From Trypanosoma brucei (taxonomy: Eukaryota), in assembly GCA_000002445.1 (NCBI GenBank), contig CH464491.1:5120001-5184000 (forward strand): DNA of 64,000 nucleotides. The letters run 5' to 3'. Position 1 is the first letter of the stretch. Each line of letters starts with the position of its first letter. The notes below the pieces were generated by a model. That model saw only the letters and a list, made by a program, of their open reading frames with translations, was not told the origin of the DNA and made no database searches. Of this stretch, positions 1 to 12,817 are shown in pieces. A program made the translations under genes and the position numbers.

Positions 1-1170
1 CGTTGCATCACCTAACTTGAAGCCAATCGTGATCTCTGCTAGTGGGTCAATGAATTTTTTTTGGATTGTCGAGTCGGTGTCCTCTAATATGTGTTTTGCT
101 GCTTTTGCTTTGGTCTCGGTGCCTGCCTCTGCTGCTGGTGTTGTGCCTGTAAGGGTATTTGCTATTTTTACCATAGCTGGGTCTTGTGCTAGCTGTTTCC
201 CTGTTTGTCTGCTTGGGGCTTGTTGTGTTGGTATTGTTACTTGTCTGGCCGCACATAGCAGACCCCCTAGTTCGCCTGCCCCTACGAAACCCCAGGGGTA
301 TTCATCCTCTTTTTCCTTACAATTGTGGTCAGTTCCCTTTGCTTTTACTACCGGTGTCTTTTGCGGTTGTTTTAGTTCCGCTAGCGTTTGTGTTTGGATT
401 CCCGCACCTGTTGTTTTGCTCCCCATCGAGTTGGCGTTCTCCGCACATGCTGGGCCGTCCGTTAGTGCTTTTGCTGCGCTGGCGACGTCGCCGATTCCGC
501 GCACTACTGAAGTTACAGCTGGTGCTTTAAACTCGTCATCGGCTGTGAATGGAAATTCCTGAGCTGCAGTGAATTCCGCTGCCGCATTCTGCTGTATGTC
601 TGGTGTTTCTGCTAATCCCTTGCATGGGTCATTTGCAGCTGCTTCGGCTGCTGCTGTTAAAGTGCACTGGAGAGTGTCGCTGGCTCCCAGCCACTTGTTG
701 CTTGGGTTGGCGTAGGCGGTTGCCGTTACCTTGAGTGGTTGTGTTGGCGTCCTGTATAGTAGGAGTTTCAGATTAGCGTTCCGGCACCTCAGCTTGTCTA
801 TTAAAGTCCTTATTCTGTTTTCTTCCTTGCTTATGTCGCTTTCTTGTTTCTGGAGCCTGCTTGTCGTTAGGGCGTGCAGCGCTGTGTACGTTAGCGCGGT
901 TTCTGGTTGACTTGCTCGTGCGGCTGCGAGTTGATAGACAAGCGCCTCTTTCCTCAGAGCTTGTGTGTCTCCTGTTGCTGCACTAAGCATGCTTTCGAAG
1001 TGATCTATTATCTTGTTGTTGTATTCTATTTACTTGCATGTTGTGGACGCCGCTGTTACTGCCTTGTCACTCGCATCAACTATCCCTTGCGACCTTATAA
1101 GCAATGCCACAATTATTGCGATTGGGGCTTCTGCCTTTTGGCGAGTATACATCCGTTTCGCTACCTATGT
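1..1170 (-). pseudogene. VSG: VSG pseudogene, partial (runs off window start); N-terminal domain with signal peptide MYTRQKAEAPIAIIVALLI, then in-frame stop (TCK*) and frame changes
   Basis: Manual minus-strand translation gives VSG N-domain-like text (…ALTYTALHALTT…CKGLAETPDIQQNAAAEF…DHNCKEKEDEYPWGFVGAGELGGLLCAA…). The plus-strand ORFs here are antisense artefacts. Confidence 0.55.
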
Positions 1171-2015
1171 CTACCCTGTTATTTTCTTCTGCTTAACGTC
1201 TTATTTGCCCTTTAGGTCCTTGCGTTTAATCTTCAGCAGGTGACAGTGTGGAAGTTGCGCTGGCAACAATTATACTGCGTCGCATTGCACTGCTGTTATG
1301 ATGGTTGGTCATTCTGGACATTTAAGCTGGTAGTCGTTCCATTTAGTATTTCCCTGATGTTGGCTGGCGTTGAACTGTTATAGTGCCGTAGTTGCAGTGT
1401 TACAATGACAACATTTTAAAAATAACCATAAATTTTAACCCAACACCCTCTCCCCCTTTCCATTTTTTCCTTTTCATTCTGTCTATTAAGTAAAAATCCC
1501 TGTACACTCTATTAATCACTTGTTACTGTCGTTGACGTTCCACTTCCAACTTGAATTCAACATAAGGCTAATAACCACGGATTCAACAATCATTTCAGCC
1601 GTAGCCTCTACCCTTTTCTTTTTGAAATATAGGACACAATCCTCTCTTCTTGAGCAACCATTTTTCTTGTTGTCTTCTTTGCCGTGTACCAGTTGTTTCC
1701 CTCAATTTTTTCCTTTTGTTATGTATTTTTACTATTTTTTGAGGATGACTCGGCGCCATTACCTGGTTTACAAGCTGCACTCCGTTTATACAGCACTACA
1801 ATTTCATTAACTACATTATATCATGGTTGTCTACACTATTATCGTGTTTAAATTCACGCGTATTCAATCGTCTTCTCTCTTATTTTCTCTTTAACCGTTA
1901 GCACATGTAATATTCCTTATTTACTATACCCCCTCTCATTCACTTACTCCATTTGTACCCTTGCTATTGTTTTCACTGCTTAATTTTACCAACGCATTTG
2001 GTTTTAACCACAACT

Positions 2016-2082
2016 CTCATTATACTATTTGTATATACACACTCACGACACACTCTTTTATCATTATTATCATAACTTTAAC
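2016..2082 (-). repeat. 70-bp repeat unit (degenerate), upstream of VSG pseudogene 1-1170
   Basis: Plus strand: tatttgtatatacacactcacgacacactcttttatcattattatc, the reverse complement of the GTTGTGAGTGTGTATATAC…TAA-rich 70-bp repeat core. Confidence 0.6.
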
Positions 2083-2386
2083 AAATTTCCATTAAAAAAT
2101 AAATAACCAAGGCATAAAATTAGAATAGGACTCATTTTCCATGCCCCGTCGCCATACTACTTTACACCCATATTTCACTTTCATACAGATTTTCATAAAA
2201 TTTTATAATTTTTAAAATTGTACATATTCATCAATAAGTGCTAAAATATATAGCACATTTTATTAATTTTATAAAAATTTTTTACAATAGCAAATCTCAT
2301 AAAATTTAGATAAAATCTTTTAGAATTCTCAGAATGCCATCGAACTCACAAAAAGTAGCAGCCATACTCAGAGCCAATTTTGTTAT

Positions 2387-3853
2387 TTACAAGGAAACTG
2401 GAATCTTTACACTTGCTATCACCCCATTTGCAGTTTTCAGTGTATTTTTTCTGTTGTTTACCTTTCTACCTGAAGAAGTTTGTGTCTTTCCTGCTTCCCC
2501 TGTTTGAGTTGGTTGTTCTTCTGCTGTCGTATTCAATTTGCAGTGTTTTCCATCCTTGTCATCAGGTCCTTTCCATTCGCAGGTTGGATTTGCTTGTTTA
2601 CATGCTGCTGCCGTTTGTATTGCTTCGCAGTTTGTCTGCGCCTTTTTAGCCTCTGAATTTTTGTCTCCGCTCGCGGTGTTGGTTGGGGTTGGGACACTGG
2701 GGATCAGTTTCGACAGCTTGGCCTGTGCTTCATCTAGGTTTGTAAGTTTTGTCAATTTTTCTGTGGTGACTGTAGCTTTCTGATTGTATTCGCTACGACT
2801 CCTCAGTTGAATCACTACTGCACTTAGCTTCTCGATCCATTTTACTTTGTCTTTTGTTAGTTTGCTGTCTCTGGCCGCAGTCGCAATTTTTACGCAGGCG
2901 GCGTTGGCATTGCCGTTGCAACCAGTGCTGTTATATGGTCCAATATAGGCGTCCGTTCCTTTCACAGTTATTGCAGTTTTTGCTGAATCTAGTGCTGTCT
3001 CGATTCTTGCCGCTGTTACTGGTGCGTTTTTTATAACCGGGCATGCTATCCGGACGTTTTTCCAGTTTACCGTTGAAACTATGCCGCCCGCCTGCCATTT
3101 AGGTTGCGTCGTCGTGTCGGCGCCGCAGGGGTGGACAGAACTTTTGGTGTTCGCTACTCCTCACACTCATGCGAAAGTTGCTGATACAGTTAATGTGGGA
3201 TTGGTCGCAGCACCACAGCCGCACACCGTTCTGTAGCCTGCTTTGCTCCCCGTTTACAGTTTGTTACCCTCTGCCGTGTCGTCATAGTCTTCTGAACCGC
3301 CATATAGCGCTGTTAAAAGTTCACCTTTAATTTTGCCGTCTTCGTCTGGGGCCTTGTTATTGGCTTTTTAAAAGTTTGAGTAGATTTCAAAAGCCGTTTC
3401 TGTGTACGCTGCAACTGCCGCCCGTATTTGGCCTTTGGTCGCTTCGGTAACGTGTTGAAGGCCGAGGCGATCCATGAGATTTTTTTCTGCTCCATTTTCC
3501 TGCAGTACCTTTTCTGCGTCGGCCCAGACTTGCCCTTTGTCTGTCCACTCAACCGGGAAACTTTCGCTTGGTTTGGCTTTTGGTTTTTTGGCCGCTCCTT
3601 CGCCTTGTGGTGTGAAAAGTTTCCGCCAGGCTGGGTCCGCTAGTGACATGTTTAATTTGTAGAGTTCTAGTGGCGGCTTCGGGGCGTCAGCGAGGGCTGG
3701 TCTGAATGTTACAGGTGCATCGCCTAGTCGGAGGGAGGGGCAAAGTAGCGCTCCGAACACGGCGTTTTCGCCCGCATCTACAGCGGCTGCTTGTCTTGAC
3801 AGTGTGTCAGTCGGTACGAAAAACGCTATAGCCAAGATCGCCGCTTTTTGCAT
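2387..3853 (-). pseudogene. VSG: VSG pseudogene (frameshifted; N-domain ORF 3368-3853, C-terminal ORF 2387-2965, degenerate GPI tail CKDSSFLVNNKIGSEYGCYFL*)
   Basis: Two minus-strand ORFs with VSG N-domain (signal peptide MQKAAILAIAFFV) and cysteine-rich C-domain (CEWKGPDDKDGKHCK) in different frames; canonical tail only after a frame change. Confidence 0.75.
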
Positions 3854-5454
3854 TTAAGAGTTTCTGGTCTTGTTGTTTTATTTCTTTGGTTGTGGTTTAA
3901 AAATAACCGATTGATAGGGGCTATGGGGGGAGTATGTTGTTTTTGTTTATGGCTTTGTGTGTCACCATCACTCGGGTACTTGCGAGAATGTTTTCGGGGT
4001 TAAATAGTGTGTTTCAGCTAATTCAGTTGTCTTGTCAAGTTTAGTTGGTATTTGCTTTATTATACAACGACCTTCGCTGCATTTGTTGCTGAACTTTTTC
4101 ACCTTTAGTACAGCCACGGTTTTACAGTTTTTCAGTTATTAGACTGCGCTGAACTGTTGGGGGATACCCATGAACAGCAATCACCTCCTAATTCCCTTTG
4201 TGCATCAGATTGTTAAATTTTGTTGCAACTCTTTTGGAGTCTGCTTTTCTTTCACTTACTGCCGCTGTTTCTTGCTTCCTCCCGTTAAAGTTTTATTTGG
4301 TTTACGGTTTTTCTGAGTGTTTTAACAAACTTGTAAAAAAGCACGCACTACTGCCGAATAAAACGCAACATTTATTCCAACCTATACCATTAAACATATT
4401 TATATAAAACACTTTTCATTTATGGATTCAAATAGATTCCATATGTCGCTAACTTGCATACTAGACTTTGAGTTGAAATAAACAAGTTTGTCCGTTTTTA
4501 CCCGTGTTCACGATTGGCATATTACTGCTGCTCAGCATTACATCCAGATGTATTTTGGCGCTTGAGTATTGGTAATTTAGAGTCAGCTTTCACGTTTTTC
4601 GTCTATTTAGACTTCTTTATTGTTTCCATTGAACAATTACCTGTCTTTCTCCTAATAGTTAGTGACTTGTCACTACTTGTAGGTTGTACGGTATCTCTAT
4701 GCAAGATAATAATTTTGAGGGACCAGCCACTACTTCTCTCTACTTAATAAAGACTTTACAAAAATTAGTATATGTGCTATTTTAAGAAGTTTCCGTGTGT
4801 TTATACTAATTTTTCTTCCTGAGGTACACAAATACTTGTCTTAGTATTAAAATAATCTCCTGATATTATTATATTATATCCAAAAAACTTTGTCTGTTAG
4901 TATTACATCTGAGAAGAAAAATTTGATATTAATTTTCACTTAAAAATTCCCTCCTCTTTTTCTTTTCTTCCTCAGCTTCTTAATCACAGTTGGATATTAG
5001 GATTCTCAATCACGTTAAAAATTACAGTCCCAGTCAATAAAGCTGCTTCTAGTCTAAAAATTTTTAAACGAAACACGTAGCAACACCGGATACTTTCCGT
5101 CTTCCTAATTTATTACTTTTTCTTTGCTGCGATACCGTGTATTCTGTCATTTTGTTCCTCGTTATGTTTCGAATTTTCTATACTCTGTTGTTCTATCAGA
5201 AAATGGCTTAGCTAATACAGTTTAGTTGTACACTGCATTCTGTCTCTTTCTCATATACCTATTCATAGTATTGTCGTGTATGATGTTCCACACATCTTCT
5301 TTGTGCTTGAAATTAAGAAATCCTACCTTCTCTTTTTATTCGTCTATCCGCACTTCCTTTCATATTATTTCTAGTTCTCTCCCACTCCCTTTCTCACCCA
5401 CTCACTTACTCTTATTTCACCTTGTCATTGCTTTAAGTGATTCTATCTTGTCAG

Positions 5455-5552
5455 TCTACTGGGTTTTAATTACGACTATTATAATATTCGTATATACACA
5501 CTCACAACACTCTCTCCTATCATTATTATTATTATTATTATTATAACCCTAA
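5455..5552 (-). repeat. 70-bp repeat with short (ATT)n tract
   Basis: attataatattcgtatatacacactcacaacactctc…(att)8 on plus strand. Confidence 0.7.
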
Positions 5553-5808
5553 CAATACCCATGAAATAAACGGAATAGTAAATAAACCGAATTAGAATAG
5601 CATTCATTTTTCACGCCCTCTCACACTAATAATTTATATTTATAGATCACTATTATGCAAAACATTTATATTTCAAATTCTTAAGAATGTATCTATTTTT
5701 TTCATATTCACCACAGAAATCTCAAAATATATTAATTTTAAGAAGATTGTAGCAAATGTTACAAGAAGTTTTCATGAAATTGAACAAAAAACATTTTTAA
5801 AAACTTAA

Positions 5809-7455
5809 TTATAGAAGAAAAAATGCAGACCAAAGAGGTTCCTTAATCACAACAGCATTTATTCTTGTGGTATTTGTATTTTTTCCACCTCGATTTGCTG
5901 CATCTTCTTGTCTTGGTGTGTAATTTGGATCCACTACGCACTTTTTATTTTCGCCTGTGCCCTCCCATTTGCAGCCATCTTTGCACTCCCCTTCAGTTTT
6001 CTTTTCGGAGCACTTTGAAGTGGACTCTCCTGCTGTTGTGGCTTTTGATGTGTTACCTTCGAATTTGCTATCTTTTTCATTATATTTGCACCCTGGGGTG
6101 TTGTTGCACTTCTCTTTCTCGGCTTCACCTTTGCAAACGTCTGTCACCCCTGGTTGTAGCTGCTTTTGCTTGTTTTATGCTGTGGCAGGGCTTCTATGAA
6201 TTCTTGCAGTAAAGAAGGCCAGAGTGTGCGCGAAGTTTTTTTCTTTGGAGAGTTCGGAAATCGGCCCTGTGGCTTCTTGGTCCCCTATTTTTATTGCTGT
6301 GCTTCCTTCGCTTAGGGGTTTACAAAGTTCTGTTCTAGAGAGTCTTTGCTGCTGCCGTAAGCTTGCTTTAGAATGGCGAGTGTGTTGGCTTCGGTTATGT
6401 CCACTTCTTTGTTTACAGCTTGGGTTTCCAGTAAAATTGCCGTAATTCTTTGCATTTGAGGGTCTTTGCTTAGACTTGCAATCGTTTCTTTAGTGACTTG
6501 TTTTGGCGAGTGGATCTTGATGCCCCGTGCTTTACAGACCGTATAAGCGAGGCGGGCCTTGTTGACGGTGAGTGCCGTGGTGTCGGTTGGTTCCCCGCCG
6601 CAGTCGTCCCCCGCTTCCGAATTTCGTTTGACATCTTGGTTTACGAGATCTGTGTCCGCCGCTGTTGTGAAGCTGAGGAAAGCGTTTAGGCCGTTGGATG
6701 CATAGCTGCTTGTGGCGCCGGTTATGCCGCACCTGCCGTCGTTTGTTTTTTATCCGCTGGCTGTTGTTGGTGTCCCTTTTGCTTCTTCTTTGAGCGTTTT
6801 GTCCCGGCGGCGGAAAATTACATCCTTGGCCACTTTGATCGTTGTTTCGGTTTCCATTTTTACCACGGCATTTGCGAGGTCCTGTTTGTTTTGCAGCTCC
6901 GCCGCGCAAGCGGTGTTGTCACCAGCTTTTTCTGGTGTCGTTAACGTACAGACTTCAGTTGACCCTCCGTACGTCCCAGCCGCGCTTGCGAAACCGGTAC
7001 CTCGAAACCCTCCATACCGGTGGCTGTGCTGCGGTTACTGCTTGCACCGCCTGCAGTTGGTGGACCCTTTTGCGTATTGTTTCTGCTGCTCTTTCCCGGC
7101 GTGCTCTTGTTGTCTTCAGTGCAGCTGCAGCCGTTAGCGTCCGCACTGTCGCCAGTGCTGTTAATGCAGCATACACTGCGTATTTGGGCCCTTGCCAGCT
7201 TGCCGCTGTCGCCAGCGAAAGCATCTGTTGGTTGTCAGTTAGTTTTTTTAGGTTTTCTTCTGCTGTTGTTACCCTATTTTCCAACGTCGCCGCAATGTTA
7301 AGAATGTATTGGACCTTTGAGCAAATGTCGGTGACAGCTTTTGCCGCGCTGTCTGCTGGACTACCTCCTTTTACCGCCGTCGGTACTGCCAATAATATCG
7401 TGAGGGACGTTAAGAATCTTACCACGTTGCGGTGTCGTTCGTTTACTGCTGCCAT
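5809..7455 (-). pseudogene. VSG: VSG pseudogene (N-domain ORF 6955-7455; frame-shifted middle; C-domain ORF 5809-6147)
   Basis: N-terminal ORF with signal peptide (MAAVNERHRNVVRFLTSLTILLAV) and A-type N-domain text; C-terminal ORF with CKDGCKWEGTGENKKC and hydrophobic tail; the middle is only open in other frames. Confidence 0.7.
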
Positions 7456-8149
7456 GTTTGAGTAAAAGGGTCTACGGTTTCCAGCTTTAAACGAGGTGTG
7501 ATGAGGGGAGGTTTAATTTTGTTGCTAATTTGCTCTAACTGTTGTCTTATTCTGTTTTTGTATTTTAGTTTCATATTTTTTTACAAACGCTGACCTGAAC
7601 TCACCCACATTTTGCAAATTGCCGTTATCCTTTTCTCCATTTTACCAAAAATAACATGGCGTGGAGGTGAAAACCACGCCACAACCTTTCCGCTTAAAAT
7701 AAAGAACTGCCCCAGATTAAAAAACACAGTTGCTACCATCTGCACTTAAGCGTCTATCCATATCTGTGCTAGCTTTTGAGCGCAAATTCTTTTTCCTATA
7801 TTTTATTCTGTGGTGTGCTTCGACTTTTGGCCCTGCATTAAATATGATCTTTCATTCTCTTTCATCTTTTATTACCTCTTTTGTTGATGATTTTTGACTT
7901 GTTTTGGCCTCTCTACTGCAATTTTCCTTCACTATTTTCCCCATTATTATCTAAGTGTATGATGATGCTCATTGTCATGCTTGTTTTTAAAATTGAACAT
8001 GTTACATCTCCTTCCAGTTTTCCCTTTCTGTGTTTTCACTGATTATATTCCTCCTACTCTCCCTACCACTCACTTAAATAATATCATTTAATCTCCGCCG
8101 TCGTTTAAAATACTTCTATTTTTGCCTTTCGTACAGTAGCCACCACTAC

Positions 8150-8351
<202 letters not shown>

Positions 8352-8669
8352 CTAACCAATATACATTAAAGAAACAAAAAATCAAATTTCATAATTTCAT
8401 TCATATTTCAAACCCTATCACCATACTAATTTGCAACAAAACCTACTATCATGCATATTTTACAAAATTTCATTTTTTAAATATTCCTCATACATTCACT
8501 AATTTGTGTATTTTTACAAATAGGGAAATTTCATAAAATTTCATAAGTTTCATAAAATTGAGCAAATATTATTAAAATACTAAAATGTCATCAAACTCCT
8601 AATGGAATAAGAAATCAGAGAAAAATTCTTATTGAAAGGGAAAATGGAATCCTTGCATTTGTTTCCTTC

Positions 8670-10091
8670 CTACTTACAATCCGGAGCCTTGCAATCTTTC
8701 TCTCCTTTCCCTTTGCATTTATCTGTTGCTGTTTCTGCCCCTCCTGTTTGAGTTTGTGGCAACGAAACTCCACTTTTTTCCGCTTTTGTCGCATTATATT
8801 TGCACTTTTTGGTGCCATCGCTTTCTATTTCATAACTACATTTCGGATCAGCATTGCACTTTTGTTCACTATTTAGTTTGTTACAAGCTTGTTCTGCACT
8901 TTCACTAAGTTCTTTGTGCTCATTGAGTCGTTCCGCTGCCGCGGTCCCATCAGGCAGAGCAATGCCTATGACTGCTGCATTGCGTAAGCTGGTGGCCTGC
9001 TCTTTCAGAGTTGCTAGCTCGGCATTGATTTTCCCCGCTTCGGCGTATGCAATTGCTGCTCGTCTTAAAATCGCGGCCGCCACTTCCAGGTGGTTGACCC
9101 ATGGAATGCCGTTGCCGCCGTTTTGTAATTGCAGTTTGTAGTTTACGCACTGTGCGTTCGATGATCCCTGGCATCCGGTACTTTGAGCCTCGCCGAGGAC
9201 AAATCTGACGGCTGCATTGCTGTGGCTGCTTGGTAAACTGCCGATGTGCGAGAAAAACGTCGCTAGTTTTGCTTGGATGAGGGCTTCTGATAGCTCTTGC
9301 TTCGCTTCTTTCTTGGTGCATGCTGTTTCGAGGGCTGCTGCTGCGGTGTCGGCTCCGGTGGTGTCGGCTGTCACTGTTCCCATGCCTTTTTCGCCGCATG
9401 CTTTGTCGGTGTCGGTTGCGTCCGCAGTGCAAAGGCAGATCATGTCATTTAGTATGCTGTAACCGACGTTATTGTGGCCGCTGTGGCCGTTGCCGCACAT
9501 GTTTTCTTTTGTGCTATTGAAAGTTGCAGCTTCGAATTTGTCCTTGCCTTCGCCGTATATCGTGTCGAGGATCTTCCTTTCTGCTCTCGCTGCCGCCGTT
9601 GATACTTCTTTGCTGGCGGCTTCGAAGGCTGCTTTTTTGGTTTGTGCTATGTTATACAAGTCGTGAATCTGTCTGTTCGCCAGGGCTTTGTATGCATTGT
9701 TGGCTATCTTGGCGTACGGGCCCAGCTTTCCCGGTGCCGCACCCTGCTCCGTCGCCTCTTTGACTCGTTTAACCCAGTTTGCTAATTTGGTAGCACGCTC
9801 GCTGCCGTCTGAGACTCCTGCGAATTCTCCGTCTTTGTGTTCTAACCACGTATCACTTGCGGTACTGATGTTCAGATTGTAAATGGCAGTTATTAAATCA
9901 TCTGCGTTATCAAACTGCCTTGTCCATAGTGTCTGTGGTTTAGCATGCTTAAGATTGTAAATGTCACACAAAGTTGCGTACGCCGGTGCGTTTACGCCGT
10001 TCGAAGTTGCGGCTTCTGCTAAATTCGACAAGACTAGCGACAACACTGCTATGGTTAATTGGTGCCTTGAACACCTTGAGATCTGTGGCAT
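8670..10091 (-). CDS. VSG: VSG, long ORF (473 aa from MPQISRC… signal peptide), but in-frame TAG immediately before a degenerate GPI-signal region (…DCKAPDCK* EGNKCKDSIFPFNKNFSLISYSIRSLMTF*); no 16-mer in 3' flank; probably non-functional as is
   Basis: ORF 8670-10265 minus; VSG N-domain motifs (CDIYNL…, CLCTADATDTDKACG), C-domain cysteine spacing; same-frame continuation after the stop resembles CKDSS…LLF tails. Confidence 0.8.
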   Translation of the reverse strand: MPQISRCSRHQLTIAVLSLVLSNLAEAATSNGVNAPAYATLCDIYNLKHAKPQTLWTRQFDNADDLITAIYNLNISTASDTWLEHKDGEFAGVSDGSERATKLANWVKRVKEATEQGAAPGKLGPYAKIANNAYKALANRQIHDLYNIAQTKKAAFEAASKEVSTAAARAERKILDTIYGEGKDKFEAATFNSTKENMCGNGHSGHNNVGYSILNDMICLCTADATDTDKACGEKGMGTVTADTTGADTAAAALETACTKKEAKQELSEALIQAKLATFFSHIGSLPSSHSNAAVRFVLGEAQSTGCQGSSNAQCVNYKLQLQNGGNGIPWVNHLEVAAAILRRAAIAYAEAGKINAELATLKEQATSLRNAAVIGIALPDGTAAAERLNEHKELSESAEQACNKLNSEQKCNADPKCSYEIESDGTKKCKYNATKAEKSGVSLPQTQTGGAETATDKCKGKGEKDCKAPDCK

Positions 10092-10429
10092 TGCGCAGTT
10101 TTGAATCTTTCTTTTAAACTTGCAGCTTGACTGCCTTGCCTTTGAAGCACAGTGAAATTGGAATAAGACACGACTGACTCCCGTTGGAGGCTGTGTGCGT
10201 TTAAACAACTCACTTTTGTTAATAATGAAAATCAGGAATTCTCTGTTTCCAATGACTGTATTCACACTTTCTTGTGGCTTTCTCTCTATTTTTCAGGTAC
10301 GAACAGAGCACCTTTTACAGTATATTGCTACAAAAAAAATTATACCTTACGCTCACTTTTTCAACGTATTAAAAAAATGTTGTTAGTGGCTTTGCCGTTT
10401 TCAACCTTTGACTTTACACTAGAAATTCA

Positions 10430-11100
10430 TTATTCCAAGTAAGATTTTTCATAATCAGTCTTGCTTTCTCTTCCCATGCAATTGGCTGACCAAAAGAAAA
10501 TGAATGAATGGGGCTTCTCCAAACTCTCCACTAGTTGGAATAGAAAAAAACTCTTATCATAATCCAATCCAATCATTCCTCTCTTCAAAACAAATCTCTG
10601 TCCAACAGCTTCTTCCTCAATCACACTCCAAATTAGTAAAGTTTTGAAAATACTCTCGCTATTAAGCTACCACTTTTACTAAGAAAAGTTTTTCCACTAG
10701 GATGTGATTTTAATAAATGAGGTAGCTTCTTCTCTTTCCCTTTTTTATAATAAAGATCAAAAACAGTAGCATTTCTCTATATCCTCTTTATGAATATCCT
10801 CTTCTCTAAACTTGTCTTTATTTCAGCAGTATTTTGTATAAAATATTGTACAGACTTTTCATATTTATGACGATCACAAACAATACCATCAGCTCCGTCA
10901 ACAGTTATTACAATATCCTCATCAATTGAATTATGTCTTTCTAAAAATTCCAAAATTCACTTAGGTATTTTAACTTAGCTATACAAACTTCTTATCGAAA
11001 TTGTAATAATTTTAACATGGCTTAGTTTGGCACTCAAAATGAGTTTACGCTATCCTTGAATTGCATGAGTTTGAATTACAGAAACAGATACTCCTCCTTT
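10430..11100 (-). pseudogene. Degenerate fragment of the same secreted-protein family as 38803-39899 and 62731-63832 (tentatively ESAG3-like)
   Basis: ORF 10430-10624 (…QEEAVGQRFVLKRGMIGLDYDK…) aligns to 38803-39210; DNA at 10680-11060 is homologous to 39540-39780. Confidence 0.45.
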
Positions 11101-11564
11101 CTTATACATATCATGTGTTATATTTTTTATATTTTCTGTTGTGTTCTTTTGAGGAGTTACAGAGCTTGAATACACTAAATGTAGTAGTAGCGGTAACAGT
11201 AAATTTCTCAACGTACGGAATTTTAATATCCAATTTTTCTTAAATTTTTTGAGAGAGTAATAAGGGAAAACTTAAAAAACATTAGGAAAATAGGAGATTC
11301 CATAAAAAATTATATTTGAATTTTAACAAGTTTTGAATTTCCATAAAAAAGCATACAGCTCTGTTTCTAAATCTAAAACATAAAAATATATGGTTCTTCG
11401 TGGAACTTTATCACTGCACATGGCTTGGCGCGATAATTTGGCCTATACACTGCAGAGTGTCTCTTCCTCACTATACCGTCCATCATATTCTTGTGTATGA
11501 AGATACCAATCTGAATGTTTATGTTTGAAACTTAGCATATTCCATCATCATTTACTTTTTATTC

Positions 11565-11760
11565 CTCCGTTTGCCTTAATAATATTCGTATTTACACACT
11601 CACAACAGTTTCCTATCTTAATAAGAATTATTATTACAATCACTATTATTACTATTACTGCTCTTATTATATATTCGTATACACACACTCACAACACTCT
11701 CCTATCATCATCATCATTACCATTTTTATTATTATTATTACTATCGTTATTATAGCTCTA
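11565..11760 (-). repeat. 70-bp repeats (about two units)
   Basis: Two copies of …attcgtat(t/a)cacactcacaaca… separated by TAA/ATT-rich tracts. Confidence 0.85.
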
Positions 11761-11989
11761 ACTAGTATCCATAAAATAATTCAAAATAAACTAAATTTAA
11801 AAATTAAAATATAACTAATTTTCTTACCCTATCGCCATACTTCTTTAAACCCATATGTCACTTTCAGCAAAAAATTTATATTTTAGAGTTTTTCAAAATT
11901 TCGCATTTTCATGAAAAAGTGTTAAAGTATTTAAAAATTTCGTTAATTTTATAAAACTGAGCAATAATTCTTAACATGCTACCGAACCG

Positions 11990-12300
11990 ATAAAAGCAGC
12001 CATACTCAGGGCAAATCTCTTGTTTACTAGAAAACTACCATTTCGGCACATTTCTTTTTCGGGTTCGGGTTCACCCTCTTTAAACTTCCTCCATGCACAA
12101 TTTTGCTTCTCGCCTGTTTTGTCACTTTCACAATCAGGTTGATATTAGTGCCTTGCACACCCAGTTGAAGCCGCTGCTCCATGCAGCTCCATCTCCAGCT
12201 CCTGCTTTAGGTTTGCATTCCTGTGTTTTTGTGCCATAGTCGCAGTCAGCTTATTGTCATTCTTCTGCAGTTGTGTTTTTTAGTTTGCATTTATTTTGTT
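11990..12300 (-). pseudogene. VSG: VSG C-terminal domain fragment (…EQNKCKLKNTTAEE…) with GPI-tail remnant, downstream of conserved block X (12300-12720)
   Basis: Minus-strand translation matches fragment 35926-36377 (EEQNKCKLKNTTADECPSEHC…); nucleotide homology to 36000-36640. Confidence 0.6.
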
Positions 12301-12817
12301 CCTTTACTGTTAGCTTGCCCCTTTGTTTTTGCAGTGTATTTTCGGAATTGGTGATTATGGGGACATTTATTAATATCTTTGGGGGCTGCCGCCGGATTTT
12401 TCGGGGCATGGCGTTGCGCTTGCATTGCCCTGCTGACACTGCAGTTAACTGCTCGCCGCCTCCTCTTTCTTTGGCTGTGTTGCTGTGCTGCACCACGACC
12501 GGTCCAGGCTGCTATGTCGACTGGCTTTATCTGCCGAACATCATATTCTGACGCTTCCAAGGTTAAGATTTTATCGTTAGCGCCTCTTGAAAAGTAAATC
12601 GTCTCGTGCAGCGAAGCTTCCGCGTGCCAGCGTAAAAAGAAAAGGCACGTGCAGCGCTATATTCCACGATCCAGCCCTTTTTTAAAAAAAATGTTTTAAA
12701 GCCGCGCACAGCATAAAATGAAGAGCTGAGCTTCGAAAAAGCAACAAGAGCGAAAATGTAAATTGCAGCTTAAAATAAAAGTAAAAAATAAAGCACGGAC
12801 GTCGGTGGTGTGAATAA

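Noticed and set aside
8950-9432. Arg/Ser/His-rich 160-aa ORF on minus strand (also 29058-29330, 6532-6909)
   Set aside because: An alternative reading frame of GC-rich VSG N-domain DNA. Low complexity and fully overlapped by the true VSG frame.
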